Source: Basidiobolus meristosporus CBS 931.73 (Eukaryota > Fungi > Basidiobolomycota). From it: DNA of 64,000 bases. The first letter of the stretch is position 1. Each line of letters starts with the position of its first letter. The stretch spans positions 48,689 through 112,688 of the forward strand of contig MCFE01000255.1 in the NCBI GenBank assembly GCA_002104905.1, in the 5' to 3' direction. Position numbers and translations under genes: made by a program. Positions 23,460-37,262 of this stretch are shown here, piece by piece. The notes under the pieces are model-generated. The model was given only the letters and a program-made list of their open reading frames with translations. It did no database searches and had not been told where the DNA came from.

Positions 23460-26371
23460 AGTATGACAGCCTACCACTGGTTCTGTATAATGCTACCGTA
23501 CCAATTTACCAAATGGTATTTCCTTTTTCTACCTCCCCTTGTGCTATTCATATATTCCTCTGTAAAATCACCCCTCCTAATTTGCTTACCAACCACTACC
23601 TTTGGTTTTCCACATATAGTTCAAATCAAAAAAACTATGGCCTCCTGCTTACTAACCTCTACAAACGCACACACCTGCTTCAATGGAAATACTTCTATCA
23701 CCTCAACTTTACTGCTTTGTAGTGTGATACTTACAAAGTTTCCATATACCTTGTACTGCTGGTAACATATACATCTTGCAAACATATGCTTGGTTGTTGC
23801 CACTTCTGCCATGAATACCTCCTGAATATCTGCAAAGAACTTTTTGGTATTTAGCCAATATATTACTTCTCCCTGCTGGATTCTAGTCCCCCTTATAGGT
23901 GCACTCTAGCTTTTGTTTGTGTGAATTCCATATTGTATGATGTAGAAGTTGGCTTGTGACCATGAGAAATCTAGCATATGTTGGTAGAGTTTTCCTGATA
24001 AAAATTAGTTGCTTGTTGCATCCAACACAACTTTGCATTACTTAACTGATTACCCACGCATTGGGGCTGCTTAGCTTCTTAATGCCATAGGCATAGGTGT
24101 CTCCACGGGCACATTTGTCCTCAATATTTACCAACTATTTCTGACAGTCCTCCATGTGCTAGCACATTACATCCATGACTTACCTGAAGGTAGTATTCTT
24201 GATGAGATTGGGATATGGTAATACCTGTAACTTGACTTGTCTTCCTATCTGCCCAAACATCTGCTCCATAGGAAACTCTCAAAAGGTAAAGCAAGGCCCA
24301 ATACTCACCACACACCATGCAAGATGGAGTAGAGAATGGATAGAGTAGCGGCAGAGATCTATGTGTTCAGCTTTATGTTTGGGGTATAGCTGCTCAAATC
24401 CCATCACAAACTCCTCACACAACAACTATAGATGCGTCAAGCTGGCATTAGTGATCTGCCTCTGGATAAATACTCCTACAATGTCTACATATGACTCCCA
24501 ATGCTTCCAATGTACTCTTGGTAGGAATGGCTTCAGAACACCACTGGAATAAATACATATTCAGTTCATCCAGTCTTTGCATTTGTATTGTTGCATATGC
24601 ATATGAATATTAATTGGCACCTGTTAGAGGTACTTAGGGTAGCAGATACTCTGCAATATCTTGCCAATTCTTTCAAACTTCTCTGGTATCTTGAAGGGCT
24701 CATTTAGCCTGAAATGCCCCATGTACAACTTGGTCATTAGTGTAGGAATACTGTTGAAAAGCAAATGCATTGCTCCCAGTGGAAAGCGTTTGCTCCAACA
24801 GATACCCTCTATCTTAAGTATCTCAGGCTTCCAATTGATTCCATATTCCAGCCAATGGCCTATAGCTTGCCAACTTTGTTGCAATTGCATGCTTACTTCT
24901 GTACATTCTCTCTGTGAAATGATGATGTTCTTAGTGCTGATATTTGGGTAATAATAATGTGTGTGAGTTATGGAGTAAGTCCCCTGGATCTCACACATTT
25001 GACAGCAATACTGTCCATTGTGCCCCGATAAACCTGCAATCTTGCTGATGGCTGGGGTATCTCCAATACAAATAATAATATGGGCTTTTACATGATGGCC
25101 ATTTACCATTATCCTGCTGCAAAGCATACAAAATTCATCCAGTAATGGATACTGGTAGCTATCCAGGTTGGACGGTGATTTAGGCCCAGATACCAGTGAG
25201 ACTACCACCAGATTATTGCTCTGATACCATAAGATGGGTGGCAGATTCATATTGATGAGATTCAGTAGCCAGCAGGATTTGCTGGTAGAGAACTTGTTTA
25301 ATGAGAATCCATCAAGTGCCAAAGCAAAGGCATGGTCATACATACCTTCAAAGTAGCCCTTGCTTCTTAGCTGTTTGCAATTTTTGCCATCAAATATATC
25401 AGATGTGTTTGCAATTGATTTATACTGAGTGTGGTACTGTATAGCTTTGCAATATTTGTTGGACTGCATCAGCTTCCTCAGACAGGGTATGACCAGAATA
25501 TATCTGGAGTGTGAACAATGTTTTCCCTCAATGATGGTAGATTCCTGACAATTTGGATGCTTTGGAATGGTAGCATTTTTAGATTTGCATGCCATGCAAC
25601 TGTTAACACATGCTGGAATCAGGACAATCTCTGGAACATATGTTGCCAGCCACATGACGGTTGTCCACTTTTACCATGTACATGGTAAGTTGCATCACAG
25701 CACAATTTTGGCAAGAAGCAGTAATAAATCCTCAAAGCCCCAATTACTGATATTAGTGGAAACGCACCACTTCTCTAGCCACAACATTACATCATTCACC
25801 AGTAGAAGGATTACTTGGCCTACTTGGTTACATAAAATATCCTTGGCATTTGTTTCAATGGGTGTAGTCTCATTGCATATAGGGATTTGACCAGGCACAT
25901 ATGTGGTACTGTTGTGAGGGGAGATAGGCTCAAAATCCATCAGTGAACCTTCTTTGTCAGAGCTATCACTTGGCAAGCCATATTCAGAAGGCTGAGGTGA
26001 GCCTAGAGGCATCACAAACTCACCTGACTCAGTTTGTGCAAGGTGACAAAGACAGCCAGGTGCCAATATAGAAGTATCAACTGGCCTGCAACATAATGTT
26101 GGTACAGTAGTGACCAATGAATGGTCAAATATGACTTGGGTGGCAAAACACTGGCCGTGATACTTGTAATACTTCCTATGCTGTCTACATGCTTCATGGC
26201 TGCGAGGCTTGCCACAATAGCCAAGTGGTCTTTTTTCTCTTCTCTTACAGCATTGAGTCAAAGTGGTCTTGTTCATAGGGTCAACAGTTTGACCTTCAAC
26301 AACATTATGCTATATTACCATCTTTTGGTCTCTACTCATGTGAACTTAAGACAGTCTTGTATATGAGACAT
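23460..26371 (-). pseudogene. CACTA/EnSpm-type transposase (Transposase_21-like), decayed
   Basis: Motifs SDIFDGK..ALDGFSLNK..SCWLLNLINMNLPP..LVSGPKSPSNLDSY..PLLDE..IGDTPAISKIAGLSGHNG..CCQMCEIQG..YYYP..GAMHLLF are typical of CACTA transposases; broken by stops and frameshifts. Ends approximate. Confidence 0.85.
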
Positions 26372-26498
26372 TGCGCCTACATGAATGTAAGATTCAATGA
26401 TGACCTGCCATAGTGAGCATTATAAATAAAGTTGCGGCACCACATACACATGTAAATGTAACACTATTTCCCCTGTGCTTTGACTCACTTCCATATAT

Positions 26499-28453
26499 AT
26501 GCCGCCAAAAAATAAACCAAAGCTGTCTGGTTCTCAACCAAACCCCACTGCTGATGGCAACAGAAGAACAGTTGGACAACAGCTTGCTTTGACTTTCAGT
26601 GCAACAAGCAGGGCTACATCCAAAAAAGGCTCTGTGGACAGTGTGCCAACTAAAGGTAATAATGCAGTCTCCTCAGGCTCTCAGTCAAGTAGGCAATTGA
26701 GAACTTCTGCAGAGCCACAAGCTGACTGTTATGCCAAGTAGATGAGAATGTAGCAAATGCAGTACCCTCAGTTGAAGATTAGCAAGCGGCCATGATAACA
26801 TCACCACCACCCATATTAGCAAGTATGTTGTCAGCTCATACCAAAGCATTAATGAAGCAATTAGGTGCAGTGGCTGATAGGATGGATGCAGTGGCCTGGA
26901 GAATTCAGGAAATAGTCCAGAAACAGGATGAGCGGATAATACATGTAGAGTAATTAATATCCCAGGGAGAGAAAGCAGCATCTTTGCTGCAAAGAAGAAC
27001 TCAAGTAGCTAAATGTCACAGCCAAGAATTGAGCCATTTCCCAATAAAACAGCAGAGGAACACCATACAGTCTCTGAAGCACATCAGCAGTGCCCAAAGA
27101 TAAAGCCTACAGAAAAACCTATCACAGTGTGGGAGGGAGACAATGTGGTGTTTATACCAAAGCCTAAAAGTCAAAAGACATTGAAGATCTGTGAAGCCAT
27201 TGAATGCAATAATGAAGAGTAGGCTAATATACAAGAGGCTGTCAGAAGTCTAGCATGCCATAACCTTAAGGCCGGTATACCATGAGACCATCAAGAACTC
27301 AAGGCCACGCAGAATGCACTTGACTTACTCCATGAGCATTATCCTGGATTCAAACAAGCAACTGGATTTTGGGCCAGCATTGGTATGCTGAGAAAGTATC
27401 TTAAGAATAGCAGAAACTATCAAAGGCAGAAGAACAAGGGTGCCATGGCTAAAAACCAGCGGCTTCCTCAAGAGCCTGTTACAAGCAGGACCAAAAGCTC
27501 CAGAAAAGCACCAAAGAGATGTCAGGTAGCTGGAGGAGTGCCAATTGGGGACAAGTAGGCAGACACAGATGTGCCAGCACAACATTCATCAAGGAAGAAG
27601 CATAGTACCACTGAAGAAGCACCAAGTACAAGTAGCAGTGAAGGACCTGGCAGTGATAAAAGCCAGTCACTTTTACAGGAGCCTGTCACAACTATGGTTG
27701 AGAGCTCAAAACAAGTGGAAAAGAAATGTCAGGTTGCTAAGAGAGTGCCAGCAAGGGACAAGCAGGCCAATACAGATGCATCAGAGCAGAGTTTATCCAG
27801 GAGAAGATGTAGTTCTTTACAAGGAGCACTCAGACAAAGTAGTAGTGAAAGACCTGGCAGTGCTAAAGAAAAAGGTAAAGGGAAAAATGTCTACCCAAGC
27901 CTGAGACAGGGAGGCATGAAAAAAAAACTGTAGTTCTTGCCAATTAATGCCGCAAGCCAGGAACAGACTGAGTCCCATCATAGCTAAGAAGAATTACCAA
28001 CCAAGAAAATAGCTGCTTTCACAAGAGTCAGAAGTGCAAGCAGTTGAGCCACACTACAGCAAGGTAGATGAGTTTGCTAAAAAAGGCAATTTGTCTACCA
28101 CAGCCTCCACAGCTTCCACATCCTCCATTGTTGACAGAGTGGAGATCCCACTGGCAGACAAGGCTGCAATTTCAAGAACTTGAACAATTATCATAATGCC
28201 CTCAGTGGAATGTTAGAACATTAATAGGCACACCAAGAGGTTGCAGCACTTCTTCAAGAGCAGTGCACTAGAAAACACACTGGAATATTGCAAGGGTTTA
28301 TTGCAAAGAGTGGCAGATGAGATGCTAAACCTTGCAGTGTTGGCTGAAGACCAGGACACATGGGAACCAGTAAATGAACAGTGGCGTAAAGCTGTTGGGT
28401 TCCTGCCAAAGTTGTGGAACCTGTGCATTACAGCAGAAATACTTATTGAGTAG
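26499..28453 (+). pseudogene. CACTA accessory ORF2 (unknown function), divergent from the transposase
   Basis: Starts MPPKNKPKLSGSQ; the same protein is recoverable across premature stops in copies at ~33155-31270 (-) and ~44100-36830 (-); contains a coiled-coil-like segment, a ~69-aa repeat and a conserved helical C-terminus (KRLQHFFKSSALE..WEPVNEQW). Confidence 0.75.
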
Positions 28454-29099
28454 TGGATTTTAATGGAGTTACTTGTTGAGTGTGGGGTTGGGCCTAATAT
28501 TAGTTTGGGGTATAGGGACTTGTATAGGTCAATTCAATTGGCAACTGAGGTACAACTGAAGTTTCAACAGAAATAAATCAATTTGTACGCCTGAAAAGTA
28601 AAAGAAACAGTTGAGTCAGAAAGTAAGGAGTGTGAAAAAGAGGCAATAGTCAGCTGGTTCACACTAATGTAGGAGGCAATGGAGTGTCTGGGATGAGAAA
28701 GTGAGCAAGTAGGCAGGGAACCAATCAAAAGCCACTTATACACCGTTGTGATGAAAAATTTTGACCAAGTCTTTTGTGAAACCTAGGGTGCAATTATTTT
28801 TCAGCAGTCTCTGGACAATGTCCCAATGGGATCAGTACGTCTTAGTCATGGGACTTTAACTTTGTGATGGCCTTTGACAAGATCATATCATTAATTTCTC
28901 ATAGGGGAAGAAGGCCTTGCCCTCAAAAGGCCCATTCAAAAACTATTCAAGCTAGTTATGAAGGAGAGTCCATCAAGCTCACATATAAGTATGTCAAGAA
29001 ATATCTTATATTGGTGCACTACCACTGCTCAAGAAAATTACACAATCCCAGCAATTGAGGGTCCAGATCTATAATGAAATATTTTGCTATATACTTATA

Positions 29100-30614
29100 T
29101 GATTGCAATTGATTGTTAAGCAAGTTTTTGGATTGGATTTTATCCTGAGTTCTGAGAAAAGTTGATGATTATTGAGCGGTTGACAGAGGAGAATTTTCCA
29201 ACTCCATTGCTGCACAAAATAACGCTGAGAATGCAAGTACTGGAGCTGTTAACCACCATTTGGACTACCTGTTAACACTAAGAAGATCAGCCAGCCTTGC
29301 AAACCAAGCTCAAGGTTGAAGATAACTAACAGGAGAACAAGGATAATCATAGCCCTTGTCAAGGAGAATCTCACTTCTACTCAACAAGTATATTCTAATA
29401 AGACAAAAGCAGCAGTATCAATTGAAGTAAGCAGAATCACTCTAAAGATAGCTATCAAACAATTATAGTACTCTTGGATACCAAACTTGGTAAATCAAGA
29501 AGCAAATGGACTTTAAATCTACCGCAAATGAGGTAATCAATCCAAAGAAAGCCATTGCCACTTAATGATAACATATATGACCACTATAGGTCATGTTTAG
29601 TGGGTCTAAATCACTTGACAGACATGGTTCAGGTGAGACCGGACCATCCCAACTCAGAGCTGAGCTAAAGCCTTTTTTTTGGCCATGTTGTATATGCCAC
29701 AGTGCCAGGAAATGAGGATAATCCAGCTCAGCAGTAAATGACAAAACCTTAACTTGGCCCAATATAGGTCATTTCTTTTGCCTCATTTAGAGTCTATATG
29801 ATGGAAGTAACTATCCATGTGCCAAATGTGCATATAGAGGGAAGCTGTCTTAAAGAATAAGACTGTTTCCCAGAAATTAGGAAACTCCAGATCAGCTGTG
29901 AATGACAAAGCTTTAGCTTGCCAAAAGCTGGTTAATCTTGCTGAAATAAGCAGCAATGGATAGTCCAGATGATATGTATAACTACCAAAACTGACCAACT
30001 AGACTAAGCATTTTATTTAAGCCTGTGCAAGGGATCACAGATGATGACTAGTATTTTGAGCAGATAGCTCCAATTTTTAGGCACCAAACTAAGTAGATAT
30101 ACTCATTGAGTTACAAGTCGCTTCTTCAATTAAGTTGATCACAAATACGTGTACTGATGGATAATATGGAAGTCCAGTGTGCAACACATTTAAATTTTAT
30201 ATGTTTATCACAGATTTTACACTCTCAATTTGTACTTATTACTCACAAATATTTTGTTGAGTGGGAGTGTTGTAATTATTGAGTAGTCACATAAATATTC
30301 ATGCTAACTTGGTCACATATATCTTATTCTTTGACTATCATTCTGTCCTGACCAATTTTGTGGTTGGATTTGCTAAGAATATGTTCACCATATTCTCTGG
30401 TACCCAGATTGTGATCTTTCTCAGAGTTGTTCAAAAGCCCCAAACTTTGCACACATGTACCTGGGACTTTTCTTAACAGGCTCTACACATTTATTTGCTC
30501 TACTTTATCAAAAGTATAAATACTATACTTTGGAGCAATAAATCTATAAGTGATTAACATGTCAATCCTCTAGTTCTCCAAATCACTTCCATTACTCCTC
30601 AGAACATTGTAACA
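29100..30614 (+). mobile_element. Highly degenerate Copia 3' remnant with PPT and 3' LTR (30268-30614)
   Basis: GTTGAGTGGGAG polypurine tract directly before TGTTGTAA; LTR ends TTGTAACA; upstream pol similarity is faint and the left boundary approximate. Confidence 0.6.
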
Positions 30615-30782
30615 AAAATAAAGCAAAGCTTTCTGGTTTCCAACCAAATCCCACTTTTGACAGCTGCAGAATAACAGTTGGGCAACAGCTTGCCTTGACA
30701 TTCAGTATAACAAGCAGGGCTACATCCAAAAAGGCCATGTTGACATTGTGCCCACTGAACATAATAATCCCTATGAAAAATA

Positions 30783-33700
30783 CGCCATGAGAAATTATTG
30801 TAATGATCCAGTCAAAAGGTGGTCACAAAGCTAAAGTCCCATGACTAAGAGGTACTGATACTGTCAGGACACTGTGCAGAAACTGTTGAAAAACAATTGC
30901 ACCCAAGATTCTACAAAAAACTTAGTCAAAATTTTTCATCACAACAATATATAGGTGGCTTTTGATTGATTCCTTGCCAATGGGCTCACTTTTGGATCCT
31001 GGACACTCTATCACCTCCTATGTATGTGTGCATTGATTGGCTATTGCCTCTTTTTCACACTCCTTACTTCCTGACTCAACTGTTTCTCTTACTTCTCATG
31101 CATACAAATTGATTTTTTTCTGTTGAAACCTCATTTGTACCTCAATTGCCAATTGAATTGACCTATACAAGCCCCTTTACCCTACACTAACATTAAGCCC
31201 ATCCCCACACTCAGCAAGTAACTCCATTAAAATCCACCACTCAAAAAATACTTCTTCAGTTATGATCTGGTTTCACAACTTTAGCAGGAACCCAACAGCT
31301 ATATGCCACTGTTTGTTGACTGGTTCCCACACATCCTGGTCTTCAGCCAGCACTGCAAGGTCTAGCACCTCATTTACCAGTCATTGCAATCAAACCTTGA
31401 AATATTCAAGTGCATTTTCTTGAGCACCGCTCTTGAAGAAGTGCTGCAGCCACTTTGTGTGCCTATTAATGTTCCAAAATTCCACTGAAGGCATTGGGAT
31501 AGTCTTTTGAGTTTTTGACATTGTAGCCTTGACTGTAAGTGGGATCTCCACACTGTCAACAATGGAGGATGTGAAGGCTGTGGTAGACAAATTGCCTTTT
31601 TCAGCAAACTCATCTACCTTGCTGGAGTGTAGCTCAACTGGCTGTGCTTCCAACTCTTATGAGAACAGCTGTTTTCATGTTGGGAACTCCTCTTGGCTAT
31701 GATGGGATTTAGTATCCTCATGGCTTGCAGCATTAACTGGCAAGAACTGCAGCTTTTGTTGCATGCCTCCCTGTCCCAAGCTTGTGTAGACATTTTTCCT
31801 TTACCTTTACCGTTATCACTGCCAGGTCTTTCACTGCTACTTTGTCTAAATGCTTCTTGTAATGAACTGTGCCTTCTCCTTGATAAGTTCAGCTCTGAAG
31901 CATCTGTTTTGGCCTGCTTGTCCCTTGCTGGCACTCTCCTGGCAACCTGATTTTTCTTTTCTGCTTGTTTCAAGCTCTCAACTGTAGTTGTCACCGGCTC
32001 CTGTAAAAGCTGCTGGTTTTTATCACTGCCAGGTCCTTCTCTGCTACTTAGACTGAGTGACACTTGAGTGGTACTACACTTTTTTCTAGATAAGTGTTGT
32101 GCTAGTGCATCTATATCTGCTTGCTTGTCCCTAATAATGACTATTCTAGCTACCTGATGTCTCTTTGATGCTTGTCTGGAGCATTTGGTCCTGCTTATAA
32201 CAGGCTCTTGAGGAAATCACTGGTTTTTAGCTGTTTCACCCCTGTTCTTCTGCCTTTGATAGTTTCCTCAATTCTTGAGTACTCTCTTAGCTTGTTTGAG
32301 TCCAGGATAATGCTCATGGAGCAAGTCAAGTTCATTCTGCTTGGCCTTGAGTTCCTGGTAGTCACTTTGTATGCTGCCCTTGAAGTGTAGGCCTGCTAGA
32401 CTTCTGACAGCTTCTCAAATATTAGACCACTATTTATTATTGCACTCAATGGCTTCACGGATCTTCAATGTCTTTTGATTTTGAGGCTTTGGTATAAACA
32501 CCACATTCTCTCCTTCCAATGCTGTGATAGGTTTTTCTGTGGGCTTTATCTTTGGGCACTTTTGGTGTGCTTCAAAGACTGTACGGTGTTCCTCTGCTGT
32601 TACATTGGGAAATGGCTCAATTCTTGGCTGTGACATTTAGCTACTTGAGTTCCTTCTTTGCAGCAAAGATACTGCTTTCTCTCCCTGGGATATTAATTAC
32701 TCTACATGTATTATCTGCTCATCTTGTTTCTGGGCTATTTCCTGATTTCTCTGGGCCATCACATTCATCCTATCAGCCACTGCACCTAGTTGCTTCATTA
32801 ATGCTTTTGTGTGAGCTGACAGCCACCTTGCCAATATGGGTGGTGGTGATGTTATGACAGCTACTTGCTGGTCTTCAACTGAGGGTGCTGCATTAGCTAC
32901 ATTCTCATCTGTCTGAGCATAACAGTCAGCTTGTGGCTCTGCAGAAGTTCTCAATGCCTATTTGACTGGGAGCTTGAAGAGTCCACAGTATTACCTTCAG
33001 AGGGCACACTGTTAACATAACCTTTTTTTGATGTAGCCCCACTTGTTGCATTGAATGTCAAAGCAAGCTGTGGTCCACTATTCTTCTGCTGCCATCAGCA
33101 GTGGGGCTTGGTTGGGAACTAGTCAACTTTGCTCTATTTTTTGGTGGCATATATATGGAAGTGAGTTAAACCAAAGGGGAAATAGCGTTACAAATAGATG
33201 TGTGTGGTGCCGCAGCTTTATTTGTAATGCTTACTATGGTGAACCATCATTGAATCTTACATTCATATAGGAGCAATGTCTCATACAAAAGACTGACTCA
33301 AATTCACATGAGTATTGACCAAAAAGTGATATCATAGTGTTATATTGTTGAGTTTCAAGCTGTTTGCACCATGGACAAGACTTCTTTGATTCAAGACCAT
33401 AAGAGAAGAGAAAAAAGACCATGTGGCTATTGTAGCAAGCCTCTCAGCCATGCAGCATGCAGATAGCACGGGAAGTATTACAAGGTTCACAGCCAGTGTT
33501 TTGCCAAACAAGTCACACTTGCCTATTCATCAGTCACTACTGCATCAACATTACCTTGCTGGCCAGTTGATACTTCTATATTGGCACCTGACCATCTTTG
33601 TCCCCTTGAGCAAACTGAGTAAAGTGAGTTTGTGATGCCTTTAGGCTCACCTCAGCCTTCTGAATATGGCACACCAAGTGATAGCTCTGACAAAGTAGGT

Positions 33701-36398
33701 TTACTGATAGATTGTGAGCCTATATCCCCTAACAACAGTAACATGTATGAGTCCTGTCAAATCACATTATGCAATGAGACAACACCAAGAAATAAATGCC
33801 AAGGATACTTAATGGAGCCAAGTGAGCCCAGTAATCCATCTACTGGTGAATGATATATAATATGGCTAGAGAAGTGGCACATTTCCACTAATATTAGTAT
33901 TGGAGGCTTTGAGGATTTTTACTACTTCTTGCCAATATAATTGCAGGATGCAACTAACCATGTACATGGTGCAAGTGGACAACCATCATGCAGCTGGCAT
34001 GCTCCAGATATATTCCAGTAATACCCTGTCTAAAGAAGCTAATGCAGTCCAACAAATGTCACAAAGCTATAAAGTACTGCACTCAGTATCAATCCAGCAC
34101 AAACAAATGCAATATATTTGATGGCAAATATTACAAACAGCCAAGAAGCAAGGGCTACTTTAAAGGTATGTAGGACCATGCCTTTACCTTAGCACTTGAT
34201 GGATTCTCATTGAGCAAGTGCCCCACTAGCAAACCCTACTGGCCACTGACTCTCATCAATCAGCATCTGCTGCCCATCTTAGGGTATCAGAGCAATAATC
34301 TGATGGTATTCTCACTGGTATCTGGGCCTAAATCACCATTCAACCTGGATGGCTACCGGTATCTGTTGCTGGATGAATTTTTTATGCGTTCTAGCAGAAT
34401 AACAGTAAGTGGCTGTCATGTCAAAGTGTAAATTGTTATCAGTATTGGAGATACCCCAGCCATCAGCAAGATAGCAGGCTTTTCTGGTCACAATGGATGG
34501 AATAGCTGTTGAATGTGTGAGATCCAGGAAATTTACTCCATCACTCACATACATTATTATTGCCCAAACACCAGTATTATGAACATCAGCTTTCTACAGA
34601 GAGAATATACCAAAGTCAGAATGCAATTGCAGCAAAGTTGGCAAGCTATAAGTCATTGGCTGGAATATGGGATCAATTGGGAATAGAAGATACTCAGGAT
34701 AGAGGGTGTCTGTTGGAGCAAAAGCTTTCCATTGGGAGCAATTATTTGCTTTTCAACAGTATCCCTATACTGATGACCAAGTTGTACATGGGGCATTACA
34801 AGCTAAATGAGCCCCTTGAGATTCTGGAGAAATTTGAAAGAACTGGCAAGATATTACAGAGTATCTGCTACCCTAAATACTTGTCACAGCCCCCAATTAA
34901 TATTTATATATATGTGCAACAATACAAATGCAAAGAATGGATGAACTGGATATGTATTTATTCAAGTGGCTTTCTGAAGCCATTCCTACCAAAAGCATGT
35001 TGGAAGCATTGGGAGTCACATGTGGACACTGCAGGAATATTTATGTAGAGCAGATCACTAATGCCAACTTGACACATCTACAGCTGTTGTGCAAGGAGTT
35101 TGTGAAGGGATTTCAGCAGCTATACTACTAACATAAAGCTGAACACGTAGATTGCTGCTGTAACTGTATCAATACTCTACTCCATCTTGCATGGTGAGTG
35201 GAGAATATTGGGCCTTGCTTCACCCTTTAGGAGTTTCCTATAGAGCAGATGTGTGGGGTGATGGGAAGACAAGTCAAGTTGCAGGTATTACCATATCCCA
35301 ATCTCATCAAGAATATTACCTTCAAGTCTGTTGTGGATGTGATGAGTTGGCAGTTGGAGGACAGCCAGGAAGAGTTGGAAAATGCTCAGAACAGATGCAC
35401 ACATGAAGACACCTATGCCTATGGCACTAAGAGGCTAAGCAGCCCCAATGTGTGGGTATTTAGTTAAGTAATGCAAAGTTGGGTAGGGTGCAAAAAGCAA
35501 CTAATTTTTAATTATGAAAACTCTACCAAGATATGACAGATTTCTCTTGGTCACAAGCCAACTACTACACCATTCAGTAGGGAACTCACACAAACAAGAG
35601 CCAGAGTGCACCTATACGGGGGCCTCAAATCCAGCAGGGAGAAGGTATATATTGGCTAAATACCAAGAAGTTCCTTGCAGATATTCAGGAGGTATTCATG
35701 GCAGAAGTGGTGACAACCAAGCATATGCTTGCAAGATGTAAATGTTACCAGCAGTGCAAGGTATATGGTAACTTTGCAAGAATCACACTAAAAAGCCATA
35801 AAGTTGAGGCTATAGCAGTGTGTCAATTGCAGCAGGTGTGTGTGTTTGTAGAGGTTGATAAGCAGGATGCCATGGTTTTGTTTGATTTGAGCTATATGTG
35901 AGCTACCAAAGGTATTAGTGGGTAAGCAAATAAAGAGGGGTGATTCTACAGTGGAATATATGAACTGCACAAAGGGGAGTAGAAAAAGGAAATAACATTT
36001 GGTAATTTGGCAAGGTAGCATTATACAGAACTAGCTGTTGGCCACCATACTGCCATAACAATGCCTTTTGAGTCTTGCCATGAGGCCATTGAAATACTGT
36101 CAAGCTTCTTGCCATACAGCACATTTGGATGTCCTGGCCGGTTGAATCCATTCCAAACAGTTGTAGAGTGCAATAAGACCACAACAAGGCCATGCAATTA
36201 TTGTCACAGCACCAATCAAATCCTGTCAAGCTTTGTAACCTTATTTGGCAGTTAGCAAAAAACCATTTAGATCCCATCATAAGATCATTTAGAGGGTCAC
36301 TAATTTCAAGCTGCTGGTATTATGATGGTCTCTAAATAGGATCCTGATGGCTGATCTGGATTAGATCCACATGCAGGACCAAGTTATTTTTTGTAGTG
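30783..36398. mobile_element. CACTA/CMC copy 2 (~5.6 kb), inverted relative to copy 1
   Basis: Termini CGCCATGAGAAA and TTTTTTGTAGTG (CACTACAAAAAA on the minus strand); 3-bp TSD ATA; ORF2 on - (~31270-33155), transposase remnant on + (~33280-36060). Confidence 0.8.
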
Positions 36399-37262
36399 AT
36401 AATTATGATGATCCCATCAAAAGGCTATCACAAATTAAAGTTCTGTGACTTGGAGGCACCAATCCTGTAAGGACACCATGCAAAGACTGTAGAAATAAAT
36501 GGACCCCAGATTTCACAAAAAACATAGACAAAATTTTCATCACAAAAATACATAAGTGGCTTTTAACTGGTTGTCTGGCAATTCACTCCCTTTCTAATCC
36601 TGGACATACAATTACCTTCTACATTTGTGTACATTGATTGGTTATTGCCTCTTTTGTACCCTCATTACTTCCAGACTCACCAATTCTCTTACTTTTCATG
36701 CATACAAAGTAATTTATTTCTGTTGAAGCTTCAGTTGAACCTCAATTGCCAACTGTATAGACCTGTACAGGCCTCTTTACCCAACACTAACATTATGGCC
36801 AACCTCAAATTCATCATGTAGCTCCATTAGAATCCACCTTTCAATGGTATTTCTGCTATAATGCCCTTCTTGAATGACTTTGGCAGGAACTCCATGACAT
36901 TGTGCCACTGTTTGTTCACTGGTTTCCATATGTCCAGGTATTTAGGCAGCACTGCAAGGTTTAACACTTCATCTGCCAGTCTTTGCAATAGATCCTTGTA
37001 ATATTCAAGTGCATCTTCTTGAGCACTACTCTTGAAGAAGTGTTGCAACCTCTTGGTGTTCCTATTAATGATTGAATACTCTACTCTAGGCATGGTGATA
37101 GTCTTTTGAGCACTTGACATTGCTGCTTTGTCTGTCAGTAGGATCTCCACGCAGTCTATCATGTAGGACATGAAGGTTGTGGTACATAAATTGCTTTCTC
37201 TGCAAACACATCTACCTTACTTGATTGTAGCTCAACTGGCTGCACTTCCAACACCTGAGAAA

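Larger units (their letters stand above)
23130..28906. mobile_element. CACTA/CMC (EnSpm-like) DNA transposon, complete copy 1 (~5.8 kb, defective)
   Basis: Termini CCTTATGAAAAA (23130) and TTTCTCATAGGG (28906); 3-bp TSD GAA on both sides; contains a Transposase_21/tnp2-type ORF and a divergent second ORF. Confidence 0.9.
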
